Shown in pieces: positions 54,384 to 64,000 of a DNA stretch of 64,000 nucleotides. The notes under the pieces are model-generated. The model saw only the letters and a program-made list of their open reading frames with translations, was not told where the DNA came from and did not search any database. The stretch lies in assembly GCF_055900595.2 (NCBI RefSeq), contig NZ_CM148325.1; one strand, given 5' to 3'. A program made the position numbers and the translations under genes. The stretch's first letter is position 1. Every line of letters begins with the position of its first letter.

Positions 54384-57300
54384 CTGGTGTCTTTATCTCG
54401 CGCAGACGGTCGAAGTCATCCCAGCGGTAGCGCCACTCCTGCGGGCGAAAGCCGAGTTTTTGGTCGGTGCGCTTTGTCACCCTGCCGCAGGCGTCGTATC
54501 CGTAGCGGCTGTCACCGGCCTGGTTCACACATTCATTATTGTACTGGTGCTGCGACAGAATACCGTTTATCCGGCTTTCCGCTATCTGCTCATTGACCGT
54601 ATAGCGGTAGCGCTCTTCCTGTGCCGGACCACTGGCGTCCAGCCGCAGTACGCTGGTTATCTGGTCGCGGGCATCGTACTGGTAGCGCGTTTCCCGCTCC
54701 GTACGCGTTTTCGACCACACTTCATGCCCGGTCAGGCGGCCCGATTTATCCCACGCGTAACGGTGTTCGCCCAGCGGTCGCCACGATGCCACGCTCTGGT
54801 GGCTGCCTGCCAGCCGCTCTGCGCCCTGTTTTTGCCATGCCGTACGTCCGCAGGTGTCGTATCCCTGCTCCTGCATATAGACCGCATGGTTCAGCGGCGT
54901 CTGCGCCAGCCAGCTTTCCTCATCCTCCGGGCGGTAACGCCGATTTTTTTCAAGGCCCGCGGGGGAATGACTGAAGTCCATCCGGTGACCGTTGCTGCGG
55001 TAGCCCGTCAGAATGCCCGAAGCGTCGTATTCTCTCTGTGTTTCCCCGTCCGGCGTTGTGGTGCCAGTCAGCCTTCCGGCTTCGTCGTAACGGTACTCCG
55101 TGCGCTGGCCGTCCTGCTCTTCCGCCACCAGACGATGGCGTTCGTCCCACTCCAGTTTTACCTCACTGGTGAGCGTATAGCCTGCTTCACTGCCGTCGCT
55201 GCGCTCATACACCTGCGCACTCACCATCCGGTCATGGCGGTCGTACTGATAGCTGAGTTTCTGATGCTCGCCGCTGATGGTCGCCACCCGGCCATATTCA
55301 TCCCTCGCATAGCGCCATACGCTGCCGTCCGGGCGGTGTTTTTCTGCCAGCCGGCCCTGTTCATCACGGATATAGACGGTTCTGCGTCCCGACCAGTCCT
55401 CCTCCCCGGCCATCTGGCCCGCCGCATCGTAGTACAGCCGCCACTGCTGGTTGCCGCTGCGCGTAAGCTGCGTGAGCCTTGCGGCACCATCGTAGTCGCA
55501 AAGTATCCGCTGCCCGCCCGCGTCCTCCACTTCCCGCAGCAGGTCAAATGCCCCGTGGCGGTAGCGCGTGGTCTGGCCCATGGCCCCGGTGTGGAGAGTG
55601 ATTTTGCCTTCACCATCATAGCGGAAGGTTTCAGCGCCACCGTCGGCCCGGATTACTGCGCTCAGTTTCTCATGCGGGTTATCGGCACCGGGGCGGTACT
55701 GCCAGTTCACGCTGCGCCCTTCAGCATCCACCAGCCCCGTCAGCCGCAGCCAGCGGTCTTCCGTGTAATGGGTTGTGCGGCCTTCACCATCGGTATGGGA
55801 AAGCAGGCCACCGTGAGCGCTGTAGCTCCACTGTTCGTGGCTGCCGTCCGGGTACTGTATCTCCTTGAGCAGACCGTCTTCGGTATGACGGTACTGCCAG
55901 TTCTGCCCGTTCACCTCCCGGCGGATAAGATTCCCTTCGGCGTTATAATGGTACGCCGCCGTGGTGCGGTGGTCCTGGTATGCCGTAACCTGACCAAATT
56001 CATCCCACTGCCATTCACGTTTACGCCCGTTCTCGTCCGTTTCGCTCAGGATACGCCCGGCATAATCGCGTTTTATCTGAGTAATGCGCCCACCCGGCTG
56101 GCGAATACACAGCGGCTGGTCGTATTCGTTACGCTCCCATTCAGTGATACGCCCCAGCGGGTCACGCTGTTTTTTCAGCAGCCAGGACTCATCGAACCAC
56201 AGCGTGGTGGTGGCTCCGGTGGCATCGGTGTAATCGGTTCTGCGCTCCTCCGGGAAGTAGCGGAAGGTGTCGTTATACAGGCCTTCCTGTGTGCCTGTGG
56301 CAGTCACCCGGCCTTCATCGTCATAGCGCAGGTGGAAGTGCGTCGGGCCGTTGTCGCGCCAGGAACTCAGCCAGCCCTGTTCGGTATAGGTATAATGCAA
56401 CGCGCCATTAAAGCGGGTCTGCACATCGCTCAGTCGCTGTTCATCGCCGTGACTGATATAGTCATAGCGCACCAGCTCGCTGCCGTCTGACTCGTCGATC
56501 ACACGGAATATCTGCCCCTGCGGGCCACACATCACCCGCAGATTCAGGCCGCTGCTGTGGGTTACGTTTGTCAGTTGGCCGATGACGTTATAGGTGAAGC
56601 GAATTTCGTTGCGGTTGCGGTCTTTTATTGCCGTTAGCCGCAGGCGGCGTGCGCCGGGGGAGATGGGCGTAAAGATATAACCCAATTGTGAGTATTCGTC
56701 GAAGATAATAGCCCGCTCACGGTTTCCCAGGAGGCGATAGTGCGGGACAAGCAGGTTACGGCTACTGTATGGTGCCTGCTCCGTGGAGTAGGCCAGACAT
56801 AGCCCCTCAGCATCAAAGTAGGTGACGTTTTTCCCGTTGCAATCGAACTCCAGAAACTGCGACCAGTTACACAACCAGCGACTGCCCAGCAAACCACTAA
56901 CCGGATGTCGGCCTGTATAAGCACGTTTCAGCGTCAGCGGTAAAATATGCGGATAGTTGAAATCAGTTCGGTAATCCAGATATTCACCCGTTCCGGTATC
57001 CACCGGATCGCTGAACCCCTGACTGATACGCTCATTTGCGGCTCTGTTTAACTGCTTTGCTCCCCATAGAGCTGTTAACACTTCCAGACTTGATACAACA
57101 GATTGCTCCAGCACCGTCATATCGGCATTAATCGGCCCATACTGTCCGGTCGTCTTATCAGCCGTAATGGTTTTACATCCTTCCTGAATAACTGCCGAGC
57201 AGGTAATTTTATGGCCCTTACGCGCCAGCGGCAGGCTGTTGACGGAAATAATTTTGCTCCCTTCCACTATCTGTGGAGGAGGACTGCCCGGATCCTTACT

Positions 57301-57942
57301 ACATTCAACCGGATCAGTGACGCGAGCTACCGCTTTTCCTTCAAAAAAAACATTAGGAGAGCCTTCTACAATCTGTCCGGTTTCAGATGCCCAGCGGGAA
57401 CCAATTACCATCGCTGCGCCACCGACAAATCCACCAGCTAATCCCCCGGCCCCGGCAGCAACGGTGGCAGCCAGCACACCCAATGCCGCGCCCCCTGTAG
57501 CGACAACCAGAGCTCCCACTGCAATCCCTACAATAAGTCCACCGATTAACCCACCAATAGCACCCAGAAAGGAATTGTTATGAACAATGTGATGACCCAC
57601 ACACGCAGGTATATCTGTTGGGCCGGAAACTGCGTGATCTTTACCCCAGGTATCCATGAACCAGTCACCTGCTTTGGTGCCCAGCCATCCCCCCAGCATC
57701 CCGCCAACCAGTCCGGCAATCAAAGGGCCTCCAAATCCTGCAACAGCTTTGGCTATTCCGGCTGCACAGGTGTTTGCTGCTGCGGCTGCCAGTCCTACCT
57801 TTGCCGTTGCTCCCACCATACTGACAGCCATTATTCCAGTACTGGCAATATGTCCTGTGGTAGCAATACTCTCCACTGTTTCGGCATTACTGTCCCGTTG
57901 ATCCAGCTCCGCTAACTTCTCCTGCGCGCTTTTTTCCGTCAT
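54175..57942 (-). CDS. PAAR-Rhs protein, N-terminal and YD-repeat core (frameshifted relative to C-terminal segment)
   Basis: Gly-rich hydrophobic N-terminus, PAAR-like GSPNVFFEGKAVARVTDPVEC, many YD repeats (RYDDEGR, RYDGEGK, YRYDEAGRL). Confidence 0.85.
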   Translation of the reverse strand: MTEKSAQEKLAELDQRDSNAETVESIATTGHIASTGIMAVSMVGATAKVGLAAAAANTCAAGIAKAVAGFGGPLIAGLVGGMLGGWLGTKAGDWFMDTWGKDHAVSGPTDIPACVGHHIVHNNSFLGAIGGLIGGLIVGIAVGALVVATGGAALGVLAATVAAGAGGLAGGFVGGAAMVIGSRWASETGQIVEGSPNVFFEGKAVARVTDPVECSKDPGSPPPQIVEGSKIISVNSLPLARKGHKITCSAVIQEGCKTITADKTTGQYGPINADMTVLEQSVVSSLEVLTALWGAKQLNRAANERISQGFSDPVDTGTGEYLDYRTDFNYPHILPLTLKRAYTGRHPVSGLLGSRWLCNWSQFLEFDCNGKNVTYFDAEGLCLAYSTEQAPYSSRNLLVPHYRLLGNRERAIIFDEYSQLGYIFTPISPGARRLRLTAIKDRNRNEIRFTYNVIGQLTNVTHSSGLNLRVMCGPQGQIFRVIDESDGSELVRYDYISHGDEQRLSDVQTRFNGALHYTYTEQGWLSSWRDNGPTHFHLRYDDEGRVTATGTQEGLYNDTFRYFPEERRTDYTDATGATTTLWFDESWLLKKQRDPLGRITEWERNEYDQPLCIRQPGGRITQIKRDYAGRILSETDENGRKREWQWDEFGQVTAYQDHRTTAAYHYNAEGNLIRREVNGQNWQYRHTEDGLLKEIQYPDGSHEQWSYSAHGGLLSHTDGEGRTTHYTEDRWLRLTGLVDAEGRSVNWQYRPGADNPHEKLSAVIRADGGAETFRYDGEGKITLHTGAMGQTTRYRHGAFDLLREVEDAGGQRILCDYDGAARLTQLTRSGNQQWRLYYDAAGQMAGEEDWSGRRTVYIRDEQGRLAEKHRPDGSVWRYARDEYGRVATISGEHQKLSYQYDRHDRMVSAQVYERSDGSEAGYTLTSEVKLEWDERHRLVAEEQDGQRTEYRYDEAGRLTGTTTPDGETQREYDASGILTGYRSNGHRMDFSHSPAGLEKNRRYRPEDEESWLAQTPLNHAVYMQEQGYDTCGRTAWQKQGAERLAGSHQSVASWRPLGEHRYAWDKSGRLTGHEVWSKTRTERETRYQYDARDQITSVLRLDASGPAQEERYRYTVNEQIAESRINGILSQHQYNNECVNQAGDSRYGYDACGRVTKRTDQKLGFRPQEWRYRWDDFDRLREIKTPDGEVWQYSYDAFGRRTAKRCVIRAAWKRSPHAISEVRYQWLGMALSTSEKRYADGSPALREQWHYRGQI

Positions 57943-57972
57943 CTGTTCGTCCTTCCCGCTGAACTGGCTGGG

Positions 57973-58404
57973 TTATTTATCCTGTGGCATTCCAAAACAA
58001 AAATTCAATAATGCTCCCCGCATCGCTTTACGATCCTCCTCTGCCAGCGCCTGCGTTGAGGAATAGGTCAGCGTCAGTACTTGTCGCTCGTTCAGGATTA
58101 CCAGCAGCAACTGCTGTATCATCACCCCCTTGTTATCCCAGCTAAATTCCCAGTATTCCGCCGGGCGCTCCTGCACATGACAGCGTTCTTCTACGGTGAA
58201 CACCATTTTCGACAGTTCGGTACGGAATTTCTTTTTCTGCACCGCCAGATAGTCATCAAACTGCGCGCCTTCCGGCAATATTTCACGAGTGACAACTACA
58301 TTTGCTCCGGCAACCGCACTTAGTACTGGCGTCAGAATATTCATACTGCTGTCCTGCCAGTTTCCCGGCAGAGTGAAATGCCCTTCATTAATGAGATATT
58401 GCAT
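57973..58404 (-). CDS. DUF1795-like (Eag-family) T6SS effector chaperone
   Basis: 143-aa ORF in the canonical position between vgrG and the PAAR-Rhs gene. Confidence 0.6.
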   Translation of the reverse strand: MQYLINEGHFTLPGNWQDSSMNILTPVLSAVAGANVVVTREILPEGAQFDDYLAVQKKKFRTELSKMVFTVEERCHVQERPAEYWEFSWDNKGVMIQQLLLVILNERQVLTLTYSSTQALAEEDRKAMRGALLNFCFGMPQDK

Positions 58405-58436
58405 TGTTATTTTTCCCTGAAAATTAATGAAATGGA

Positions 58437-60656
58437 TTACTGTGGATTTAGCGCCAGATGGGTGGGTCCATCGAGGGTGATAGTGCCGTCTGAATTCATA
58501 ACAAGAGTGCTTTTTCCGACAGTCAACTTTATCTGCGTTGCTGCGGTAAGGTGTATCGCCCCGGTTTTTGACGTGATGGTGATATTCCCTTCTACCGTCT
58601 CCGTGCAGGTTCCCGTTTCTACCGTCACCTCGCGTTTACCCGTTTTCACCGTCAGAGACTGGTCGCCTTCCGTTACGGTAATATTCCGGTTGCCTTTGAT
58701 GGTTTCGGTATGCTTACCATCAACAAATTCCGTGCGGTCGATTTTTACCGTGGATGTTTCGTTATGAATGATGGTTTTCGTCCGATCTGCCTTTACCGTG
58801 TGTGTTTCGTTATTTTTCACGACGGTATTCAGATCTTTCTCCGCAAGAAACCTCACTTCTTCCGCCCCCGTTTTATCGTCAAAGCGCAGCATGTTTCCGT
58901 TGGTCGCCCCCCCCTGTAACGAGTGGCTGAATATCCCGCTCTGCGACGCCATGCCCGGTAGCCCCCACGGCGGCATGGTGTCCTGGTTGTAGGTGCGCCC
59001 CACGATAATCGGTAGATCCGGGTCGCCATTTTTGAAATCCACCAGCACTTCCTGGCCGATGCGCGGGATCTGGATCATGCCGAATCCTTTACCCGCCCAC
59101 GGATAGCTGACGCGGATCCAGCAGGAGCTGTTTTCGTCATTATTACCGTAACGATCCCAGCCAAACTGCACCTTCACCCGGCCATATTTATCCGTCCAGA
59201 TTTCCTGCCCTACCGGGCCGGTGACGATGGCGCTCTGCGGGCCTTTGGTGTGGGGTTTGCTCAGGGTTCGTTGTGGGCGGTAAACTTCGCGGGTGGGATG
59301 CAGTTCAAACGTGGTGACATAGGTAAAATGCTGATCCTGGCCGCTGTGCTGCGCGTTGTCCCGTAAAAACAGCGTGGTTTGTACCAACAGATATTCCTGA
59401 TTAATTTCTGCCGTCGGGTGATTCATCAACGTAAAGGTGTACCCGGTCATGAGGGTACGGATATGACCGGCCCCATGTGCCCGGCTGCCGGGGCTGCGCT
59501 GCGCTTCCATACGAATGCGCGTCAGCATCTCACCTTCGCCCGTAGTGAAGTAATCACCAGGCCATTCATAATGCTCATATTCAGCATGACCGGTATTACG
59601 CGGACTAGCCACGGTACTTTTAAGCAGCGAACGAGGCTTCATAAAATCAAAATCGTCCATCACCCACTTTCCAGTACGCAGTCTCTCACTGGCCGTAATG
59701 GTGTGGATAAATTCTTTGTCCAGTTTCAGCCCTTCCTGGTGCCACTCCACCAGTGGCGAGTCAGGGCACGCTTTATGACCATTGATGGCATCCGTCAGCA
59801 CCAGCGTATGGCAGTTCTCGCTGTGCTCAAACCACCAGTAGATTCCCCACTCCTGCATCAGGCGCTGGATGAAATCGAAGTCGGTTTCACCATACTGCAC
59901 CTGCCAGACGCGGGGTGGATAATTTTCCACCAGCCGCTTTTCCACCGGAAAGGAATATTCATCCAGTACTTCATCGAGAATATCCACCACGGTTTTGTTC
60001 TGGAACGCTTTGTAGTCGCTGGTATGGGTCAGCAGCTTCAGCCATGGCTCAATGCGTAATTCATACGTTACCGAACGGCCCTCATGGCCGACCACCCTCG
60101 CCGCCGTCACCAGCCCGCTGATATACCGTTTTCCGCCACCGTCCAGTTCGATACTGACGCACAGGTCTTTGCCTACCATGGGCTGAAGCGGCAGGTTGGC
60201 CGCGGGGGAAACGTATCCCAGGTTCAGGGCGTCCGGCGTTTTAAGCTGTACTGTGTAGGAAAACAGATTCCCAAGCCCTTCCGAACCATTCATGCCTGCG
60301 AACAGCAGCATCTGCGGCGGCACCGAACCACCACTTACTGTGACGTTATGCGCCCCCGGACCACCGGCTGCAAGCGACGCCGCCGCATCCTGAACTGCAC
60401 CAGCCATATCCGATATCCCTGCTGCTGCGGCGGCGGCTTGCGCAGCGGCTACTGCGGCTTTAACCAGACCTGACGGTTCCGGCAACGCACCAAACAGGTC
60501 CGCCACTGCCTGTTCTGCCATCTGCTCGGCGGCATCAGCTACATCGGTTGCGGCTGAACCTGTGCTCATACTGCCACTTTCGCCAGCTATTGGTGGTGTG
60601 GTGATGACGGGTCCACCGTTTCCAACTGGTTTATTACCCGTAGATACAAAACTCAT
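58437..60656 (-). CDS. vgrG: T6SS spike protein VgrG with about 110-aa Ala/Gly-rich N-terminal extension in frame
   Basis: gp27/gp5-like regions: [22 protein letters not shown]..., [46 protein letters not shown]. Confidence 0.9.
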   Translation of the reverse strand: MSFVSTGNKPVGNGGPVITTPPIAGESGSMSTGSAATDVADAAEQMAEQAVADLFGALPEPSGLVKAAVAAAQAAAAAAGISDMAGAVQDAAASLAAGGPGAHNVTVSGGSVPPQMLLFAGMNGSEGLGNLFSYTVQLKTPDALNLGYVSPAANLPLQPMVGKDLCVSIELDGGGKRYISGLVTAARVVGHEGRSVTYELRIEPWLKLLTHTSDYKAFQNKTVVDILDEVLDEYSFPVEKRLVENYPPRVWQVQYGETDFDFIQRLMQEWGIYWWFEHSENCHTLVLTDAINGHKACPDSPLVEWHQEGLKLDKEFIHTITASERLRTGKWVMDDFDFMKPRSLLKSTVASPRNTGHAEYEHYEWPGDYFTTGEGEMLTRIRMEAQRSPGSRAHGAGHIRTLMTGYTFTLMNHPTAEINQEYLLVQTTLFLRDNAQHSGQDQHFTYVTTFELHPTREVYRPQRTLSKPHTKGPQSAIVTGPVGQEIWTDKYGRVKVQFGWDRYGNNDENSSCWIRVSYPWAGKGFGMIQIPRIGQEVLVDFKNGDPDLPIIVGRTYNQDTMPPWGLPGMASQSGIFSHSLQGGATNGNMLRFDDKTGAEEVRFLAEKDLNTVVKNNETHTVKADRTKTIIHNETSTVKIDRTEFVDGKHTETIKGNRNITVTEGDQSLTVKTGKREVTVETGTCTETVEGNITITSKTGAIHLTAATQIKLTVGKSTLVMNSDGTITLDGPTHLALNPQ

Positions 60657-60680
60657 GATATTTGCTCCTTTAATACCGGA

Positions 60681-61067
60681 TTAAAATCTAGCCCCTGGTG
60701 GCCAAAAAATATAAGTAATCACTCTCCATTGCCCGTCTTTATAATGAAACCAACATGTCAGATTCAAATCCCCCTGCAAATTCCAGAACATTTCCTTAAT
60801 AGGAACATTTTGAAATTCAGGATCTGTTATGCGATAAGTTTGATTCAAGCCGATATAATACTCACCAACAAATTTATATCGTGGCCTCACGAACTCATGA
60901 GCAGGCGGCCCATATTTCTTCATAAAAAAGATGTCATTACTTCCATCATGTATATCATTTTCTTCATAATATTTGGTGGATTGAGCAACTGCAGAAGGCG
61001 AGAAAACATTCACTGTAGTTATGTAAGTTATTGAAAGGAAAATCACTATAATACAGAAAAATTTCAT
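60681..61067 (-). CDS. Secreted protein (signal peptide), candidate immunity for metallopeptidase effector
   Basis: 128 aa MKFFCIIVIFLSITYITTVNVFSPSAVA...; conserved C-terminal half shared with 62776-63147. Confidence 0.55.
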   Translation of the reverse strand: MKFFCIIVIFLSITYITTVNVFSPSAVAQSTKYYEENDIHDGSNDIFFMKKYGPPAHEFVRPRYKFVGEYYIGLNQTYRITDPEFQNVPIKEMFWNLQGDLNLTCWFHYKDGQWRVITYIFWPPGARF

Positions 61068-61765
61068 TTGGTTACATTCAATAAAGTAAATTTAGTTTCA
61101 GGCATTATGACATTCAACGTTATAGTTGCGTTTTTAAGGTATCGTTCCCGAAGCTCCATTCCCACATTCATCAACCCACTAATATCTCCAACATACGGAG
61201 ACGAAGAATCATAATCATCATCTAAGTAACCAAGTACATGTCCGGCTTCATGAGGTATATTTACTTGCAACGTATTATTACAGTTAATACATTTCGCTAC
61301 TTTTTCCAGGTCCGCTGAATCAACATGAACCGTACTGTTTTTAAAATCAACATATGTTCTTAAATCAGCACCAGGCAAAACCTTTGTTGCAATAACCAAC
61401 CAGTCTTCATTCTGAGATGCAGAAATTATTCTTACATCAAAAGGCAAAGCTTTACCCTGAAATTTTTTAGCGAACTCAGATTCACCGGAAACAGAATAAG
61501 TTATTTTCCCATTCCATGCCTGCTGAACAGATAAATATATCGCTCGCATAAAAATAGCTTTTTCCCATATAATCCAGTCATCTGTAACGGTATTATCTTT
61601 ATACCACTCATACTTCCATCTTATCACAGCCGTAATCGAACCAGTATTTTGATTTAATAAATACGTCCTCCTACCATCCTTATGTATAATGATATCGCCA
61701 TCAATATTTGTTTTTTCATAGTATTCGGCCAGCAAACTATTCTCATCATATTTAAGCTTGGTCAT
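61064..61765 (-). CDS. Putative zinc metallopeptidase (HExxHxxGxxD), candidate T6SS cargo effector
   Basis: 233 aa with HEAGHVLGYLD motif; overlaps downstream gene by 4 nt; directly upstream of vgrG. Confidence 0.6.
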   Translation of the reverse strand: MTKLKYDENSLLAEYYEKTNIDGDIIIHKDGRRTYLLNQNTGSITAVIRWKYEWYKDNTVTDDWIIWEKAIFMRAIYLSVQQAWNGKITYSVSGESEFAKKFQGKALPFDVRIISASQNEDWLVIATKVLPGADLRTYVDFKNSTVHVDSADLEKVAKCINCNNTLQVNIPHEAGHVLGYLDDDYDSSSPYVGDISGLMNVGMELRERYLKNATITLNVIMPETKFTLLNVTK

Positions 61766-61831
61766 TTTACTCTCATTAAATACTAATTGTTTGTATCGAA
61801 AATATTATCTGGAAAAATATTATTTTATATA

Positions 61832-61977
61832 TTACGAGTATTGCCCCTTCAGCCGCAGCGCATCCACATACCGTCCTTCACTGCAGGGCAAGATTACGAA
61901 AGCCCGCCCCGCAAGGACTGACGCGAGGTAGTTTCTGTCCATGGCTGCTTTTATCATCTTACGTCTTAACCCTGCCT
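61832..61977 (-). pseudogene. H-repeat-associated (ISAs1-family) transposase 3' remnant fused in frame to truncated vgrG
   Basis: [24 protein letters not shown] matches the H-rpt protein C-terminus. Confidence 0.6.
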
Positions 61978-62419
61978 TGGTTTCGCCGTACTGCACCTGC
62001 CAGGCGCGGGGTGGATAATTTTCCACCAGCCGCTTTTCCACCGGAAAGGAATATTCATCCAGTACTTCATCGAGAATATCCACCACGGTTTTGTTCTGGA
62101 ACGCTTTGTAGTCGCTGGTATGGGTCAGCAGCTTCAGCCATGGCTCAATGCGTAATTCATACGTTACCGAACGGCCCTCATGGCCGACCACCCTCGCCGC
62201 CGTCACCAGCCCGCTGATATACCGTTTTCCGCCACCGTCCAGTTCGATACTGACGCACAGGTCTTTGCCTACCATGGGCTGAAGCGGCAGGTTGGCGGCG
62301 AGGGAGACATATCCGAGGTTCAGGGTGTCCGGGGTTTTAAGCTGTACTATGTAGGAAAACAGGTTTCCAAGCCCTTCCGAACCATTCATGCCTGCAAACA
62401 AAAGCAGCTGCGGCGGCAC
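61978..62419 (-). pseudogene. Truncated second copy of vgrG (first about 147 aa only)
   Basis: Near-identical to the N-terminal gp27-like region of the vgrG at 58437-60656 up to QVQYGET. Confidence 0.8.
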
Positions 62420-62430
62420 CGCACTACCAC

Positions 62431-62751
62431 TTACTGTGACGTTATGCCCCCCGGACCACCGGCAGCAAGCGACGCCGCCGCATCCTGAACTGCACCAGCC
62501 ATATCCGAGATCCCTGCTGCGGCGGCTGCGGCTTGCGCAGCAGCTACTGCGGCTTTAACCAGACCTGACGGTTCCGGCAACGCACCAAACAGGTCCGCCG
62601 CGGCCTGTTCTGCCATCTGCTCGGCTGCATCAGCTACATCGGTTGCGGCTGAACTGGCGCTTACAGCACTACTTTCTCCGGCTATCGGTGGCGTGGAGAT
62701 AGCTGGCCCACCGTTACTGCCAGATTTATTACCCGTAGATACAAAACTCAT
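62431..62751 (-). CDS. Ala/Gly-rich 106-aa ORF equivalent to the N-terminal extension of the intact vgrG, here separate because of a 1-nt indel
   Basis: [27 protein letters not shown]... about 85 percent identical to vgrG residues 1-105. Confidence 0.45.
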   Translation of the reverse strand: MSFVSTGNKSGSNGGPAISTPPIAGESSAVSASSAATDVADAAEQMAEQAAADLFGALPEPSGLVKAAVAAAQAAAAAAGISDMAGAVQDAAASLAAGGPGGITSQ

Positions 62752-62775
62752 GATATTTATTCCTTTAATATCGGA

Positions 62776-63147
62776 TTAAAATTTTGCGCCCGGCGGCCAG
62801 AAAAAATAAGAAATAACCCGCCACTGTCCATCTTTATAATGAAAAAAACATGTCAGATTTAAATCCCCCCGCAAATGCCAAAACATTTCTTTGATGGGGA
62901 TATTTCTGAATTCAGGATTCGTTGAGCGATAGACATTTTCAATCTCTATATAATACTCACCGACTAATTTATAACGAGGCTTTATAAATTCATACGCTGG
63001 CTGACCATAGTTATTTAATAGAACATTCTCTTCAACTCCATTATACACACCACTCGCATTCAGATAAGCATACCCAGGAATATCAGACATGCTATTTTTC
63101 GCCCCACCCACTATCAAAAAAATAATCACAGCGTATATTAGTTTCAT
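62776..63147 (-). CDS. Secreted protein (signal peptide), paralog of candidate immunity at 60681-61067
   Basis: Conserved C-terminal half KPRYKLVGEYYI...PIKEMFWHLRGDLNLTCFFHYKDGQWRVISYFFWPPGAKF. Confidence 0.5.
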   Translation of the reverse strand: MKLIYAVIIFLIVGGAKNSMSDIPGYAYLNASGVYNGVEENVLLNNYGQPAYEFIKPRYKLVGEYYIEIENVYRSTNPEFRNIPIKEMFWHLRGDLNLTCFFHYKDGQWRVISYFFWPPGAKF

Positions 63148-63160
63148 TTTTTTACGCTTT

Positions 63161-63882
63161 TCACAAAAAATTAGAACCCGGAACCATTCTATTTAACCGC
63201 TCAATGACATTTCCCATATAACGAGAGCGCAGTTCCATACCAATATTCATTAACGCACTGGCATCCCCGGAGAATGGTGTAGTTGCTTTATCTGCATCAT
63301 CACTATAGTATTCATCGGTAAGATATCCAATAATATGCCCAAGCTCATGAGACAGCCCCATTTGCTTAGAGCAAACTTTTGATGAACCAAGACATTTAGC
63401 TGCTGCAACTATATCTTTAGAGTCAAGTTCAACGTATCGACTATTCCAGACAATGGAACTCTGACGAAAACTATTTGGATCATCATTATCAATTTTAAAC
63501 ACCACCACATCCCAATACCCATGACGATCAGTCTGAATTATTTCTATTGTGAAAGATAAATCCTTACCATTAAACTTACTGACAAACTCAGACTTCCCAG
63601 AAACGGATAAAAAAACCTTATTATTCCATGTTTGATTAATGACAAAAATAACTTTTCCATGAAAGGCTTTTTTTCCATATCTGTCCAATCAGTTTTTGCA
63701 TCCCATCTTTTTATCCAATTATATTTCCATCTCAGCAACAATGAGATTGCACCATTTTCACGGTCAATTCTTAAATCTCCCCAGGCATCATTGTCCCTGA
63801 TATATCGTTTATCCAGCATTAAGTCGTCATAAGCATCGTATGCCTGCTGAATAGCCTCATCATGAGAGTCACCCATGTTCAC
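63161..63882 (-). pseudogene. Paralog of metallopeptidase effector (HELGHIIGYLTDEY), split by a frameshift at a T7 run near 63668-63674
   Basis: Two overlapping ORFs (63544-63882 and 63161-63688) jointly align to 61064-61765. Confidence 0.6.
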
Positions 63883-64000
63883 CTCCTTATATTGCTATAT
63901 ATCCAATAAACCTGAAGATGCTTGCTTACCCACCAACGCAGACGGGACCAAGGGTAGCCTGAAGTCAACAGATAGCAATCAACTTGAAGTTCATGGGGAT

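Noticed and set aside
54292-56490. 732-aa ORF on the plus strand
   Set aside because: Lies entirely antisense to the Rhs YD-repeat ORF, which has strong protein signatures; Ala/Arg/Val-rich translation without motifs.
57973-58404. prePAAR motif (AARxxDxxxH) in the Rhs N-terminus to support the Eag-chaperone call
   Set aside because: I could not find a clean AARxxDxxxH motif in the first 100 residues of the Rhs protein, so the chaperone assignment rests on gene size and position only.

Overview
Enterobacterial (E. coli-like) chromosome window with a conserved backbone and several accessory regions. Backbone, recognised from translated ORFs: ykgM-ykgO (with a Zur-box-like palindrome), thrW tRNA-Thr, proA, proB, phoE, crl, frsA, gpt, pepD, prfH plus an RtcB homolog, yafP, dinB, Flag-2 deletion remnants (lafU/lfhA fragments), rayT flanked by REP clusters, yafL, yafK, yafJ, gmhA, fadE, ivy, yafV. 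Accessory content: (1) IS1 at 1120-1887 abutting a reverse-transcriptase/nitrilase fusion gene (DRT type 1-like) whose frame runs open up to the IS1 edge; (2) a roughly 20.7-kb integrative element at thrW (6146-26847) bounded by a 19-bp att repeat, with P4-type integrase, AlpA, antirepressor, primase-helicase, two mutually inverted iteron clusters, a podovirus-like internal virion/ejection module with a lytic transglycosylase domain, and a cargo end carrying a Panacea-domain three-gene cassette; (3) a degraded second element (integrase fragment, Ner-like fragment) left of the att repeat; (4) an IS3-family element inside an IS110-family transposase pseudogene; (5) the end of a T6SS island: vgrG, a DUF1795-like chaperone gene, a frameshifted PAAR-Rhs gene with downstream immunity-like genes, and upstream of vgrG a candidate metallopeptidase (HExxHxxGxxD) effector with a secreted immunity-like partner, followed by a degenerate duplicate of that module. 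Most worth following up: the Panacea cassette, the metallopeptidase effector pair and the RT-nitrilase. All family assignments are from motifs read in the translations and recalled knowledge; no database search was run.
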